Source of the DNA: Limnochordia bacterium
Lineage (GTDB): Bacteria; Bacillota; Limnochordia; DTU080
DNA length: 64,000 nt
Reading direction: 5' to 3'
Assembly: GCA_050951545.1 (NCBI GenBank)
Contig: JBMNJG010000004.1
Span: 64,001-128,000 of the forward strand
Shown: in pieces, positions 40,475 through 50,966 of the stretch
How the letters are laid out: the number at the start of each line of letters is the position of its first letter
How positions within the stretch are numbered: the first letter of the stretch is position 1
Position numbers and translations under genes: made by a program
Notes under the pieces: model-generated
What the model was told of the DNA's origin: nothing
The model's input: the letters and a program-made list of their open reading frames with translations, nothing else
The model's database searches: none

Positions 40475-41218
40475 ATGAAAGGGATATTTCGAGGCTGGCC
40501 TCACCATGCCCGTGGGGCGGTGTCACTCTCCTTTGATGATGCTGTACCCTCACAGCTGGATCAGGCGATTCCAGTTCTCGATCGCTATGGGCTGAAGGGG
40601 ACTTTCTACGTCAATCCGGCGCGTGGCATGCGTTTTGAGCGGGTTGTTGAGCGATGGCGTCAGGCTCACGCGCATGGTCATGAACTAGGCAACCATACCT
40701 GCAAGCATTTCTGCAGTGGCAACTTTACGTTTGTGGGTGCTGATCGGGCGTTGGAGTTACTGCAGCTCGATGAAGTAGAGGCTGACATCTTGATGGCCGA
40801 GCGGATCATGGAGGAGCTGATACCGGGATTAAGGCCACACAGCTTCGCCTACCCTTGCGGCCAAACCTACGTGGGACGAGGCACTGAAAGGAAGTCCTAT
40901 GTGCCCTTGGTGGCTCAGCATTTCACGGTGGGCAGAGGGGTCGGCGAATCAGCCAATGACCCCCGGGTGTGTGACCTTCAGTGCTTGAGTTCGTGGATGG
41001 TGAAAGGACTTAGTGGCGACGAGCTGATTGCCATGTTGGCCCCAGTGCTGGAGGCTGGGCATTGGGCGGTCTTCTGTTTCCATGGAATTGGCGGTGACCA
41101 TATCCGGATTGATACAGAACCGTTTGAACAACTCATAGCCTATCTGGCAGACCCTGCTCATGAACTCTGGGTTGATACTGTGCAACGCGTGGGCGAGTAT
41201 GTGCGAAGGGTGCAGTGA
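40475..41218 (+). CDS. Polysaccharide deacetylase (NodB/CE4)
   Basis: SLSFDD, GLKGTFY, GHELGNHT..H, FAYPCG and FHG motifs. Confidence 0.87.
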   Translation: MKGIFRGWPHHARGAVSLSFDDAVPSQLDQAIPVLDRYGLKGTFYVNPARGMRFERVVERWRQAHAHGHELGNHTCKHFCSGNFTFVGADRALELLQLDEVEADILMAERIMEELIPGLRPHSFAYPCGQTYVGRGTERKSYVPLVAQHFTVGRGVGESANDPRVCDLQCLSSWMVKGLSGDELIAMLAPVLEAGHWAVFCFHGIGGDHIRIDTEPFEQLIAYLADPAHELWVDTVQRVGEYVRRVQ

Positions 41219-41242
41219 TTGGAGAAAAAGGAGGATGTTGGG

Positions 41243-42616
41243 GTGAGTTGCAAGGCGGAATCAGTGACAGATCAAGAACCGATGCTAGCCCAAAGGGACA
41301 GCTTCACGACCAGTTTGGGCGCCATTGCGGCGACACTTGGATCAGCCGTAGGACTAGGTAATATATGGAAATTCCCCGCGCTTACTGGGATGAACGGTGG
41401 CGCAGCCTTTGTACTTCTGTATCTCATTTGTGTAGCATTTGTCGGACTCCCCGTAATGTGGGCTGAACTAACCATAGGTCGTCGGGCGCGAGCCAACACT
41501 GTGACGGCTTTTCAGAAACTAGCGCCAGGCGAGCCTTGGCACCTCATTGGGGTATCCGGCGTGATATCAGCCGTCCTAATAATGGGTTTTTACTCCGTAG
41601 TGGCAGGGTGGGTCTTTGCCTACATCTTTCGGGCCGCTACTGGAGCTTTGGCTGTTGCCCCAGAGATGACAGGTGAGGTGTTTGATGCGCTGTATACATC
41701 ACCCATCGAGCCTTTGGTGTGGCAATGGGTGGTCTTGGCGGTCACGTCGGCAATTGTCATCGCTGGCGTTAGCAAAGGCATTGAGAATGCAACCAAGCGT
41801 CTTATGCCTCTTCTGTTTGTCCTGTTGCTTATCTGTGATATTCGTGCGATCACGTTGCCTGGAGCCGCAGCAGGGTTGGCATTCCTATTCAAACCAGACG
41901 TAAGCAAGATCACGTCGTTGACCCTACTCACGGCACTGGGGTTAGCTTTCTTCAAGCTCTCGTTAGGCATGGGCTGTATGGTCACGTATGGGAGTTATAT
42001 TGGCGGCAAACAGAACCTGTGGACGACAGCTTCGAAGGTGGTAGCGGCTGACACAACGATCTCGCTGTTAGCTGGCATGGCCATCTTTCCGGCGGTGTTT
42101 GCTTTTGGCTATGAGCCGACTTCTGGGCCTGCGTTGCTGTTTATTACAGTTCCAGCCGTCTTTCGCTCCATGCCCTTTGGGGGCTTGTTTACCTTCTTGT
42201 TCTTCGTGTTGGTGGCCGTTGCGGCAATGGGGGCGATGCTCTCGCTTATGGAGGTCCCTGTAGCCTTTCTCACAGAACGCCTGCAGTGGAAGCGGGTGGG
42301 GGCGACCGTGCTGACAGCAGCGCTCATGGCTCTGTTGGGTGTGGGGGCGGCCTTCTCCTCGAGTCTGCTGAGCGAGTTCAAGCTCTTTGGGCTTACGTTC
42401 TTTGATCTGTACGACTTCACCACTTCGAACCTCCTCCTTCCTTTGGGCGGCATCTTCATTGCGCTATTTGTGGGTTGGCGCTGGCGCGAGCAGGCTGTGG
42501 CGGAAAACGGAGGCGACAGCACGATTATGCGCGTACTGACCTTCTTCCTACGCTACATGGCCCCAGTCGCCATAGCCATCGTGCTTCTAGGAGGACTGAA
42601 CGTCATCAGACTCTGA
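41243..42616 (+). CDS. Sodium-dependent transporter (NSS/SNF family)
   Basis: GSAVGLGNIWKFP, NGGAAF, AFFKLSLG and GPALLF motifs. Confidence 0.92.
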   Translation: MSCKAESVTDQEPMLAQRDSFTTSLGAIAATLGSAVGLGNIWKFPALTGMNGGAAFVLLYLICVAFVGLPVMWAELTIGRRARANTVTAFQKLAPGEPWHLIGVSGVISAVLIMGFYSVVAGWVFAYIFRAATGALAVAPEMTGEVFDALYTSPIEPLVWQWVVLAVTSAIVIAGVSKGIENATKRLMPLLFVLLLICDIRAITLPGAAAGLAFLFKPDVSKITSLTLLTALGLAFFKLSLGMGCMVTYGSYIGGKQNLWTTASKVVAADTTISLLAGMAIFPAVFAFGYEPTSGPALLFITVPAVFRSMPFGGLFTFLFFVLVAVAAMGAMLSLMEVPVAFLTERLQWKRVGATVLTAALMALLGVGAAFSSSLLSEFKLFGLTFFDLYDFTTSNLLLPLGGIFIALFVGWRWREQAVAENGGDSTIMRVLTFFLRYMAPVAIAIVLLGGLNVIRL

Positions 42617-42635
42617 TACGGTAGCGATCGAACAC

Positions 42636-42677
42636 GCGCGAAAATGGTAGCCAAGCGATGGGCTACCATTTTCGCGC
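42636..42677 (+). terminator. Terminator-like hairpin
   Basis: Perfect 17-bp stem gcgcgaaaatggtagcc/ggctaccattttcgcgc after the NSS gene. Confidence 0.7.
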
Positions 42678-43071
42678 CTCCTCAAGCAGGTAAACAAGCG
42701 TTTGGCAGCGTAAGAGGATGCTACAAAGAGGCGGAGGAGACGTAACCCGATTTCACCCGGGGCTCAACGTCGGGTAGATGGCATAGAAGGCTGCTGAGCC
42801 TGCGTTTTTCGCAGCCAGTTAATTCATCAATAATCAAAATGCCCACTCATTTGTTTGCCATACATAAGAACGATTTGTGTATCCCCGGCAAATTTCACGA
42901 GCTTAGTAGACCTGTTTGCTGAAAACCTCTGCAACATTCATCGGGGCTGTAGGTAAGTTGAGGGCGAATGTCGAAGACACGCTGCGAAACACAATGAGAC
43001 CAGTCTCTGTTGAGGTGATCGGTTCTTTCTGGGACTAGCGTTACGTGGCTTGGTGAAAGGGTGGAGCATAG

Positions 43072-44991
43072 ATGGGATCTCAACGAGACGTTAACGAGGT
43101 CGCCTCTCAGCAGCTCATTCGGGAACAGCGAAGGGTTCGGGTTGTTCTCATGCTACTTGGTGATGCTGTTCTGTTACAGGTCGCTGTTCTCGCCAGTCTA
43201 CTAGCCCGTTTTGACGGGCACTTGCCTTCGGTCTATTGGGATGCCTACGCCCATCTATGGCCATGGTATACACTTGGTTCATTGGCGTTTTTTGCTTGGC
43301 GAGGACTTTACCGCAGTCTATGGCGGTATGCCGGAATTGAAGAGTTGGTGAACGTTGTCGGGGCCACTACCCTCTCTACCTTGACACTGACCTTGCTCTC
43401 CGCTTTCTATCGGCTCCCGCGGTCGGTGATCATGATACACTGGGTGATTCTGGCTTTCCTCGTGAGTTCTTCGCGCGTGGCACTACGAGCCGTGCGGCGA
43501 CTGTGGGCCACCGACAAGGGGCAGACAGACCCAACACAGGTCTCCAGGAGTGAGCCTCTGACGGTTCTTATCGTGGGCGCTGGTCGTATCGGAGCGGACC
43601 TGGTGCTGCCCTTGCGCCAGTCTGGACGTCAGGTTGTGGGGTTCTTGGATGATGACCCAGCGAAGCGGAATATGCAGATACACGGAGTGCGAGTCTTGGG
43701 GACGTTGGATGACGTGAAGCGCGTGGTGAGTGAGCATGACGTGCAAGAGGTCCTCTTGGCTCTACCTGCTAAGTTCGGAGGCAGACACAGGGCGATTGTG
43801 GACGCCTTGAGTGACAAGAAGGTGAAACTCCACACTATCCCTGCCGTGAACGAAGTGATCGATGGGAAAGTGTCCGTGAGCCAGATCCGGCCAGTATCGG
43901 TCTCCGATTTACTGGGGCGGGAAGCGGTGCAACTCAATGCTGAACAGATTGCTGCGGAGATCTCCGGCGAAGTGGTCTTGGTCACTGGAGCTGGTGGCTC
44001 AATCGGGTCAGAACTATGTCGTCAGATCTGCCGCTTTGGGCCTAGTCTATTGGTGATGCTCGGACATGGTGAGAACTCAGTTTTTGAGGCGGCCATGGAC
44101 CTCAACGAGAAGTTTCCCGACGTGCCCAAGGCCCAAGTGATTGCCGATGTAAGGGATGGCGGGAAAATGGCGGCCGTTTTCGAGCACTATCAACCGGCGT
44201 ACGTGCTGCATGCTGCTGCGCACAAACACGTTCCATACATGGAACAGTATCCAGACGAAGCGGTCAAGACCAATATCTTCGGGACGCGGAATGTAGCCCG
44301 AGCAGCACTGGAGCATGGGGCCCGGAGATTCGTCATGATATCTACTGATAAGGCCGTAAATCCCACGAGCGTGATGGGGGCCAGCAAACGCGTGGCTGAG
44401 ATGGTTGTTCAGGACCTGAATGCTATGAACAAGACGAAGTTTGTCTCGGTTCGTTTCGGCAACGTCCTAGGGAGCCGGGGCAGTGTCATCCCGGTTTTCC
44501 AGCGACAGATCGCTCAGGGGGGGCCAGTTACCGTTACCGACCCGGAAATGAGACGTTACTTCATGACCATCCCGGAAGCAGCTCAGCTCGTATTGCAGGC
44601 CGCTGCTTTGGGGCAAGGCGGCGAAGTCTTTATTCTGGATATGGGCGAGCCTGTCAAGATCGAGGACCTGGCCCGTAACCTGATTACACTCTCTGGATTC
44701 CGGCCCAACAAGGATATTCAGATTGTCTACACTGGTCGCCGACCCGGCGAAAAGCTCTTTGAGGAACTGGTCATGGACGAAGAGGCTACATCGGTTACGG
44801 AGCATTCGCGCATCTTCATATGTAAGAATGCACTGCTACCGTCCAAGGAACTCGAGCAGGGGATCGCCCTATTGGAGCAGCTGCTATTAGCTGGCGAATA
44901 CCGGCAGCTGTTGTCTGTGTTGCAGGTGTTGGTCTCCACCTATGAGCCCTACATACCGACAAGAGACCGGGAAGTGGCGACAGCGCAATGA
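43072..44991 (+). CDS. CapD/PglF/WbpM-type nucleotide-sugar 4,6-dehydratase
   Basis: N-terminal TM segments, with GAGGSIGSE, HAAAHKHVP, STDKAVNP, RFGNVLGSRGSV and RPGEKL motifs. Confidence 0.92.
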   Translation: MGSQRDVNEVASQQLIREQRRVRVVLMLLGDAVLLQVAVLASLLARFDGHLPSVYWDAYAHLWPWYTLGSLAFFAWRGLYRSLWRYAGIEELVNVVGATTLSTLTLTLLSAFYRLPRSVIMIHWVILAFLVSSSRVALRAVRRLWATDKGQTDPTQVSRSEPLTVLIVGAGRIGADLVLPLRQSGRQVVGFLDDDPAKRNMQIHGVRVLGTLDDVKRVVSEHDVQEVLLALPAKFGGRHRAIVDALSDKKVKLHTIPAVNEVIDGKVSVSQIRPVSVSDLLGREAVQLNAEQIAAEISGEVVLVTGAGGSIGSELCRQICRFGPSLLVMLGHGENSVFEAAMDLNEKFPDVPKAQVIADVRDGGKMAAVFEHYQPAYVLHAAAHKHVPYMEQYPDEAVKTNIFGTRNVARAALEHGARRFVMISTDKAVNPTSVMGASKRVAEMVVQDLNAMNKTKFVSVRFGNVLGSRGSVIPVFQRQIAQGGPVTVTDPEMRRYFMTIPEAAQLVLQAAALGQGGEVFILDMGEPVKIEDLARNLITLSGFRPNKDIQIVYTGRRPGEKLFEELVMDEEATSVTEHSRIFICKNALLPSKELEQGIALLEQLLLAGEYRQLLSVLQVLVSTYEPYIPTRDREVATAQ

Positions 44992-45043
44992 ACTCACCAG
45001 TGGAGATCATGTGCGTCGGCACAAGATCAGCAAGTGAGGTGGT

Positions 45044-45490
45044 ATGATCGTGGATGACGCATCTTCGGGGCTTGGCGAGACGAATCTGGCGGTGCAGTAC
45101 TTTCAGGCCGGCTACAATTGCTCACAGGCTGTATTCTGTGCCTTCGCACCCAAATACGGTCTCTCTGTTGAACAAGCGTTTCGCCTGGCCAGTGGTCTCG
45201 GTGGTGGTATAGGCAATACGGGCGAAACATGCGGCGTGCTCACGGGTGCCGCCATGGTTATAGGGCTTCACTACAGCAGCGGTGTTCCCGGGGAGCAGAA
45301 GAACAAGGAGCAGGTCTACACACTCGTCCAGCGTCTTCTGAGTCGTTTCGTGCGGGTACACGCCTCGCCAGTGTGCCGGGTTCTGAAGGAGCCTGCCCTG
45401 GGCGATCCCGTTGCTCGGAGGAAGCTCTGTGAGCGATACGTGGAGGAAGCGGCGAAGATACTTGAGTCGATGTTGTCAGAGGCAGACTGA
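45044..45490 (+). CDS. C-GCAxxG-C-C family (putative redox) protein
   Basis: GYNCSQAV, GGG.G...ETCG..TGA and C...C motifs. Confidence 0.85.
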   Translation: MIVDDASSGLGETNLAVQYFQAGYNCSQAVFCAFAPKYGLSVEQAFRLASGLGGGIGNTGETCGVLTGAAMVIGLHYSSGVPGEQKNKEQVYTLVQRLLSRFVRVHASPVCRVLKEPALGDPVARRKLCERYVEEAAKILESMLSEAD

Positions 45491-45585
45491 TTTGGCGAGC
45501 TAAAGAAGCGGGGACTAATGTCTAATGATGTCGACATGGAGGAAGCTGTCGATCAAGGAGGCCATCAATCGACAGCGCTGGGGAT

Positions 45586-45618
45586 AAAGGACCGCGGTAT
45601 CACTCCGGCGGTCCTTTT
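45586..45618. terminator. Bidirectional terminator
   Basis: aaaggaccgc...gcggtcctttt stem between convergent genes. Confidence 0.6.
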
Positions 45619-45637
45619 GCTCTGAAGCATTAGTCAC

Positions 45638-46012
45638 CTATCCCCGCTCTCTGGTCCAGTGGCAACGGCGACGACCGCCCTGCTGGCATTTCCGTTTCCG
45701 GTGTGGACGATCACTGCACATACAGACAACAAGAAGAAGTAGTGGCAGTAAACGGGATGGTCTTGGTTTGTGGCAGTGATGGTGACAGTGACTGGGGGGT
45801 TTGGGGATAATCAAGAGTTCAAAAGGCAGTTTTTGTTGAACCAGGTACTCCTTCTTGCCGACACGCAGGTTTTGCCTGACGGCCATTACTCGTGTACACC
45901 ATACAGCCTTATCAGGCGTCTCCGGCAGGTCAATTTCCTGACAGTCATCACAAGACCCACGGGCGGAAGGACAGGTCACCTCCAGACTGTGCCGCTCTTC
46001 TTCAGTGGACAT
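45638..46012 (-). CDS. Small Cys/His/Arg-rich hypothetical protein
   Basis: AAAAGGGGG RBS before MSTEEER, with CPxxxxxCDDC and HCHHHCH tracts. Confidence 0.45.
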   Translation of the reverse strand: MSTEEERHSLEVTCPSARGSCDDCQEIDLPETPDKAVWCTRVMAVRQNLRVGKKEYLVQQKLPFELLIIPKPPSHCHHHCHKPRPSRLLPLLLLVVCMCSDRPHRKRKCQQGGRRRCHWTRERG

Positions 46013-46145
46013 CTGGTGTCCCCCTTTTATCAAGCCTATTGCTACGTCATAGCCTATGTGACCTAGGGGCGTACGCCTACTGATTTCGGCATCAGTGGGT
46101 AGTACTCCAGCGCCATTTGTTGACTGCGGGGTACTTGACGGTAGC

Positions 46146-47264
46146 TTAGTTGACCCAAGGCATGAGACGAACGTCATCGCTACGGCAGGTTAAGGCCACC
46201 TGGGATCCTATGCGAGCCTGCCACGCTGCTGCGTCCGCGGCAGGAGCTGTGGCCACCATGGCTCCTGACGGACCTGAGATTTGCAGGCGGGAGTGGGCTC
46301 CGAGGAATTCTACCTCCTCCAAACGCCCCAGTAGCTGAAGCTGCTGGTCAGTCGAACCGCTCTCGGCTGTATCCTTGGGCACAGTGACCTCGACGCGCTC
46401 TGAGCGAAGCATCACACCCAGGCGATCGCCCGGGCGCGGCAGCGAAGGGCCACACCAGGTATGCGATGGCAGTTCAAGCATCTGTCCATTGGCCAGCCTT
46501 GAGACGATGTGCGGGCCAGTTGAGACCAACACCGCCTCCAACAGCGATCCCTTGCCGATGAAGCCAGCCACGAATCCATTTGCTGGCCGGTCGTACACTT
46601 CCCAGGGAGTGCCCACCTGGAGAACTTTTCCTTGGTTCATCACCACTACCCGGTCGGAGATCGCTAGCGCCTCCTCCTGGTCATGAGTTACATACAGTAC
46701 TGTCAGGCCTAGTTTGCGCTGCAGACGCCGTATCTCAAGACGCAACCTTTCGCGAAGCAGGGCATCAAGAGCAGAGAGCGGTTCGTCAAGACATAATACG
46801 CGCGGCTGTGGAGCAAGGGAGCGGGCGATCGCTACCCGTTGCTGTTGACCAGCGGAGAGCTCAGCGGGTCTGCGTTGGCCCAAAGAGGCCAGATCGATCA
46901 TGTCAAGCAGCTGATGTACGCGCTCCATAGCCTCGGAGTGGGGAAGACGTCTGTCCACGCCATGCATAAGTCCAAAGGCGATGTTCTCAGCAACCGTCAT
47001 GTGAGGAAAGAGGGCATAGTGTTGAAAGACGACGCCCACTTCTCGTTTCTCGGGAGGCAGACCCGCCAAGTCCTTCCCTTCGAGCAGGATGCGTCCAGAG
47101 CTGGGCTGTTCGAACCCCGCCAACAGCATCAGCGTGGTGGTCTTGCCGCAGCCCGAAGGCCCCAAGACTGACACAAACTGGCTGCGTTCTACAGAGAAGC
47201 AGACCTCCTGCAGGGCGGTCACTGGTCCGTAACGTTTGGTAAGCTTTTCAAAGCTCAGATACAT
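46146..47264 (-). CDS. thiQ: Thiamine ABC transporter ATP-binding subunit
   Basis: GPSGCGKT, LSAGQQQR and LDEP motifs. Last gene of a TPP-riboswitch operon. Confidence 0.8.
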   Translation of the reverse strand: MYLSFEKLTKRYGPVTALQEVCFSVERSQFVSVLGPSGCGKTTTLMLLAGFEQPSSGRILLEGKDLAGLPPEKREVGVVFQHYALFPHMTVAENIAFGLMHGVDRRLPHSEAMERVHQLLDMIDLASLGQRRPAELSAGQQQRVAIARSLAPQPRVLCLDEPLSALDALLRERLRLEIRRLQRKLGLTVLYVTHDQEEALAISDRVVVMNQGKVLQVGTPWEVYDRPANGFVAGFIGKGSLLEAVLVSTGPHIVSRLANGQMLELPSHTWCGPSLPRPGDRLGVMLRSERVEVTVPKDTAESGSTDQQLQLLGRLEEVEFLGAHSRLQISGPSGAMVATAPAADAAAWQARIGSQVALTCRSDDVRLMPWVN

Positions 47265-48942
47265 TATCGCGTCCTCCGACCTGCAAGGTGATCAGGTATT
47301 GTCCCGCTGCCTCCATGGAGGCAAACGTCAGGGTCATGACAAACATCAGCAGGACGGCCATGGCCGCAGCTGCACTGAATTCGCGCGCAGAGACCAGATG
47401 GTAGATAGTCAGTGGCATGGTGGTGAATCCCGGTTGGGCCAGCATTATAGTTGCACTCATCTCGGACACGGACATAGAGAAAGCGAAGGCAGCTGCTACC
47501 AGCAATGCCGCAGTTGAGAGCGGAAGCGCCACCCTAAAGAAGGCCTTTGTGGGCGAGGCTCCTAGCGAGCGAGCCGCGTGGAGAAGACTGCGATCAAGGC
47601 TCTGGAAATGGGGGCGCAGGACACGTAGCACAAAAGGAAGCCCCAGAATGGCATGTGCAGCAACAATCGCTCCCGAAGGGCCAATCTGCAGAAAGCGCAA
47701 AGCTCCCACGCGATAGGCTCGTAGCATCGCATAGCCGAAGGCGACGGAAGAGACGGCAAGGGGGGCCATGGCCAGCGTCTCCCAAAACCGAGCTGCTCTC
47801 TTGGATGTTCTAGGAAGAGCTACTGCAAGAGCTGTACCTAAGCAGACAGCCAAAAGCATGGAACCCAAGGCGAAACGTAGGGTGTTGAAGACGGCTCCAA
47901 GCGGGCTGTCGCCGATCTGGGCCGCGTGTTGCCACTTCAGAACAAAAGCATAGGCATCCAAAGAGAACCTGCCATTCTCACCAACCAGGGAATCATGGAT
48001 CACGGCTCCTATGGGGCCTGCGTACAGCAAGGCTAAGATAAGCAGGTAGAGCACCATAGGCACGGTACCCAGATGCGCGCGAAAAAAGGGCAATCGCTGG
48101 CGTTCTCGGCCGTATCGTCGGCTACTGGGGTGGTTGCGGGCCTCGACGCGCAAGTAGAGATAGGTGAGGGCTAGCGAGGCTATGGTCTCAAACAAGGCAA
48201 AGGCGGCCCCAGTGGTGTTATCGAGTAGAACACGCACTTGGGTGAAAACCTCCACTTCTAAAGTGGCGTAGCGCGCGCCTCCCAAGGCCAACACCAGGGG
48301 GAAGCTGAAAAAGGAGAAGATAAATGCCAGTAGAGCCCCGCTGGCGGTGGCGGGCCAAAGCAGCGGCCACGTCACCTTACGAAAGGTGGTCCAAGGGGAG
48401 GCCCCTAACGCCCGAGCACCCTGCTCTAGGGCTGGGTCGAGGGATTCCCAGGCCACGGCAGTGGTGCGTCCCACAATCGGCGCATTGTAGAAGGCATGGG
48501 CGAGGACAATGCCCTGCAAGGAATACAGCAGTGGCAGACGCACACCGCACAGAGCGCCGAGGGCTCTGTTGAAATAGCCATTATGACCGAAGAAAAGGAT
48601 GAAGCCGAGGGCCACAACAATGGCTGGCAGCACAAAGGGAACTATTGTAAGTGCTCGCCAGAGTCGCGGCATGGGCAGTCTGTGATTGGCCAGGATGTAG
48701 CCGAGGGGTAGACCTATCAACACACTGGCCAGTGTACTGAGTGTAGCCTGCTTGATTGTCAGGCGGAGCAGGTGCCAGAAATACGCATCCTTTAGTGTGG
48801 CGATCAAGGGAGACGGCGTAATTCCTGGCTGCAGACTCTCTTTGAGCAAACGTAGGAGGGGCAAGTAGAAAAACAGAGTTAGGAAGGCCAAGGGAAGACC
48901 AACCAATAGCCAGTGGAATCGCTGGGCACGTTGTCGTGGCAT
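47248..48942 (-). CDS. thiP: Thiamine ABC transporter permease (duplicated TM domain)
   Basis: Two EAA-like motifs (ARALGA, ARSLGA) and AHAFYN, in operon context. Confidence 0.82.
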   Translation of the reverse strand: MPRQRAQRFHWLLVGLPLAFLTLFFYLPLLRLLKESLQPGITPSPLIATLKDAYFWHLLRLTIKQATLSTLASVLIGLPLGYILANHRLPMPRLWRALTIVPFVLPAIVVALGFILFFGHNGYFNRALGALCGVRLPLLYSLQGIVLAHAFYNAPIVGRTTAVAWESLDPALEQGARALGASPWTTFRKVTWPLLWPATASGALLAFIFSFFSFPLVLALGGARYATLEVEVFTQVRVLLDNTTGAAFALFETIASLALTYLYLRVEARNHPSSRRYGRERQRLPFFRAHLGTVPMVLYLLILALLYAGPIGAVIHDSLVGENGRFSLDAYAFVLKWQHAAQIGDSPLGAVFNTLRFALGSMLLAVCLGTALAVALPRTSKRAARFWETLAMAPLAVSSVAFGYAMLRAYRVGALRFLQIGPSGAIVAAHAILGLPFVLRVLRPHFQSLDRSLLHAARSLGASPTKAFFRVALPLSTAALLVAAAFAFSMSVSEMSATIMLAQPGFTTMPLTIYHLVSAREFSAAAAMAVLLMFVMTLTFASMEAAGQYLITLQVGGRDNVSEL

Positions 48943-49050
48943 GACTGTTCCTTTCTACTTCCTTCTGCAGCTACACCACAGAAGCGAGGGTGTGATTGCG
49001 GGCCCAGGCCGTCCAACTCATTCCCGGCGACGGCCTGGGCCCACACCTGC

Positions 49051-50085
49051 CTACATAGATACTGCCATAGCCCATTCTCGGAGCCAGGTAGCTTCTTTGC
49101 GACCGAGTTCATCGGAGTCGATGCGCACTGATCTCTGAGGTGGTCTAGCGTATTTCTCCCATTCTGCAGGCAGTTTGGCTTTTGGGTTGGCCGGGTACAT
49201 CCAGTTGGTGGTGGGAATGAGTGACTGAACCTCGGGAGAGAGCAGGTAGTTGACGAAAGCCTGCGCCAGCTTGACATTCTTGCTGGTGCGTACAATGCCC
49301 ACGCCTTCGATCTGCCGATAGCCAGCGTTGTCCAAGGGCAATACGCCGTAGATGGGCCCTTTCCCTTCCATAACGGCATAGGCGGTATCTGTGGCATAGC
49401 TGATGACGATGGGGGCATCACCGTTGGTGAACATCTTGTACGCTGAGCTCCAACTTCCAGCAATGGTCAGCAGGTTGGGGGAGAGCCTCCTCCAGTAGTC
49501 GGCGAAGCCCTTTTCACCGTAGTGATGAATGGTCCACATCAAGAAGGCGTGCCCTACAGAGGATGTGCGCGGATCAATAGCTATGATCTTCCTCTTGAAC
49601 CGGGGGAGGGTGAGATCCTCGAAGCTCTTCGGCAGATCCGCCGGCTTGAGGGCCTTGGTGTTGTAGACTAACGTAATGCAGCCGTGATCAAAGGGCAAGA
49701 CTTGTCCTTTGACGTCGAAATGCAGGTCCTTAGGAATTGCGGCCAGGTTGGGGACTTTGGTCGCGTCTACAGGAAGGAAAACATTGCGGTTGTGAACCCG
49801 GCTGAGATAGGTATCGCTTAGCCCTACAAAGACATCGGCGTCAGTGCCACCAGTCTCCATCTCGCTAATCAGACGGGCGAGCATCTCGCCAGAACTCGCC
49901 GGTGCCACAAAGACCACATCGACGTTGTGCTGTTTCTCAAAGCCAGCTTCAATCTGCTTAGCAGGACCCCACGATACGAAGCTGTCGTAGGTGTAGACAA
50001 CCAGCCTGGGAGCTACCTCTCCAATGGCGGGCCAAACGAGGGTAGCCAACACCATAAACGCGAGCAATAGGTTACGCCATTTCAT
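49051..50085 (-). CDS. thiB: Thiamine ABC transporter substrate-binding protein
   Basis: LVVYTYDSFVSWGP, DPRTSS.G, WS.AY..F, RQIEG and PTTNWMYP motifs. Confidence 0.9.
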   Translation of the reverse strand: MKWRNLLLAFMVLATLVWPAIGEVAPRLVVYTYDSFVSWGPAKQIEAGFEKQHNVDVVFVAPASSGEMLARLISEMETGGTDADVFVGLSDTYLSRVHNRNVFLPVDATKVPNLAAIPKDLHFDVKGQVLPFDHGCITLVYNTKALKPADLPKSFEDLTLPRFKRKIIAIDPRTSSVGHAFLMWTIHHYGEKGFADYWRRLSPNLLTIAGSWSSAYKMFTNGDAPIVISYATDTAYAVMEGKGPIYGVLPLDNAGYRQIEGVGIVRTSKNVKLAQAFVNYLLSPEVQSLIPTTNWMYPANPKAKLPAEWEKYARPPQRSVRIDSDELGRKEATWLREWAMAVSM

Positions 50086-50149
50086 AGAAAAAGACCTCCT
50101 CGCGGCGTGGGCGAGCAGGTTCCGGTTGCGAAGCGCACTCAAATAGCGC

Positions 50150-50245
50150 CTGAGATCCCTACGCCGGCATTATCCGGAATCAGGTTCAAAGGGTCGATGG
50201 GTGTCCCCATCCTCTCAGCCCGGAACCACGAGCTCCCCCTGTCGC
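50150..50245 (-). promoter_or_regulatory. TPP riboswitch
   Basis: Minus strand reads GGGGAGC...GCTGAGAGG...GACCCTTTGAACCTGATTCCGGATAATGCCGGCGTAGGGA, upstream of thiB. Confidence 0.93.
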
Positions 50246-50966
50246 TACGGTGGCAAGTCTCGTGTGCCATTTCCGCAGCGCCGCCAGTATAAGGCGGTGG
50301 CCAACCACTGGATAGCCACCGCTGTTCGCCTTTAGTGTATCAAAGCTCTGGTGGCCCGTCAACGTCGGGCGTGGGGTGCACACGTGAGATCGCGGCGAAC
50401 ACCCGTTCCTAATCATTCTGCCTCCCGCCTCTCCCAGAAATCGTCCCACTGTTCACCGTGGGAGTATGCTGCAACGTTTGGCATCTGCTGTGCCCTAAGT
50501 TGGCTCCGACGCATTCCAGATTGCTTGTGGCGCCTAACAACAACCTGCTTACAGGCGCTTTCTACGCATCCGCTGCCAATGGGGTAGCCAGCGGCCTCCA
50601 GCCTCGGATAAAGGGTTCATCTCCTCCTGCGAAGGTGCCTCTTGAGTGCGTGTCAACCCACGAGTAAGTCTTACCGAAGGTCCTATAACTCACTCACCAA
50701 AGATCTGACCCAACGCTGGTCTAAGTCAGAGCATGCATAGGCTCACGACTACTGCTACGGACTCTCTGGGATGCATCGGTGGCCTCCGCCACCGATGCAG
50801 TTGGTGGGCCTTGGCCGATCAGTTGTTCAATCCTGTGGTGCATAGCCAGTGGGTTTTGCTCACGTTGCCGCTTCTGCACGATCGCCAGCGGCGGGTGGAC
50901 GCGCATTAACATTGGCTGCACGGCTGATGTGAGCCCTGACGAAACGGACAAGGTAACCCAGGGTGA

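Noticed and set aside
50300-50960. Roughly 650-bp gap downstream of paralog B as a hidden gene or ncRNA
   Set aside because: No convincing ORF, RBS or repeat, and no visible similarity to the region downstream of paralog A.
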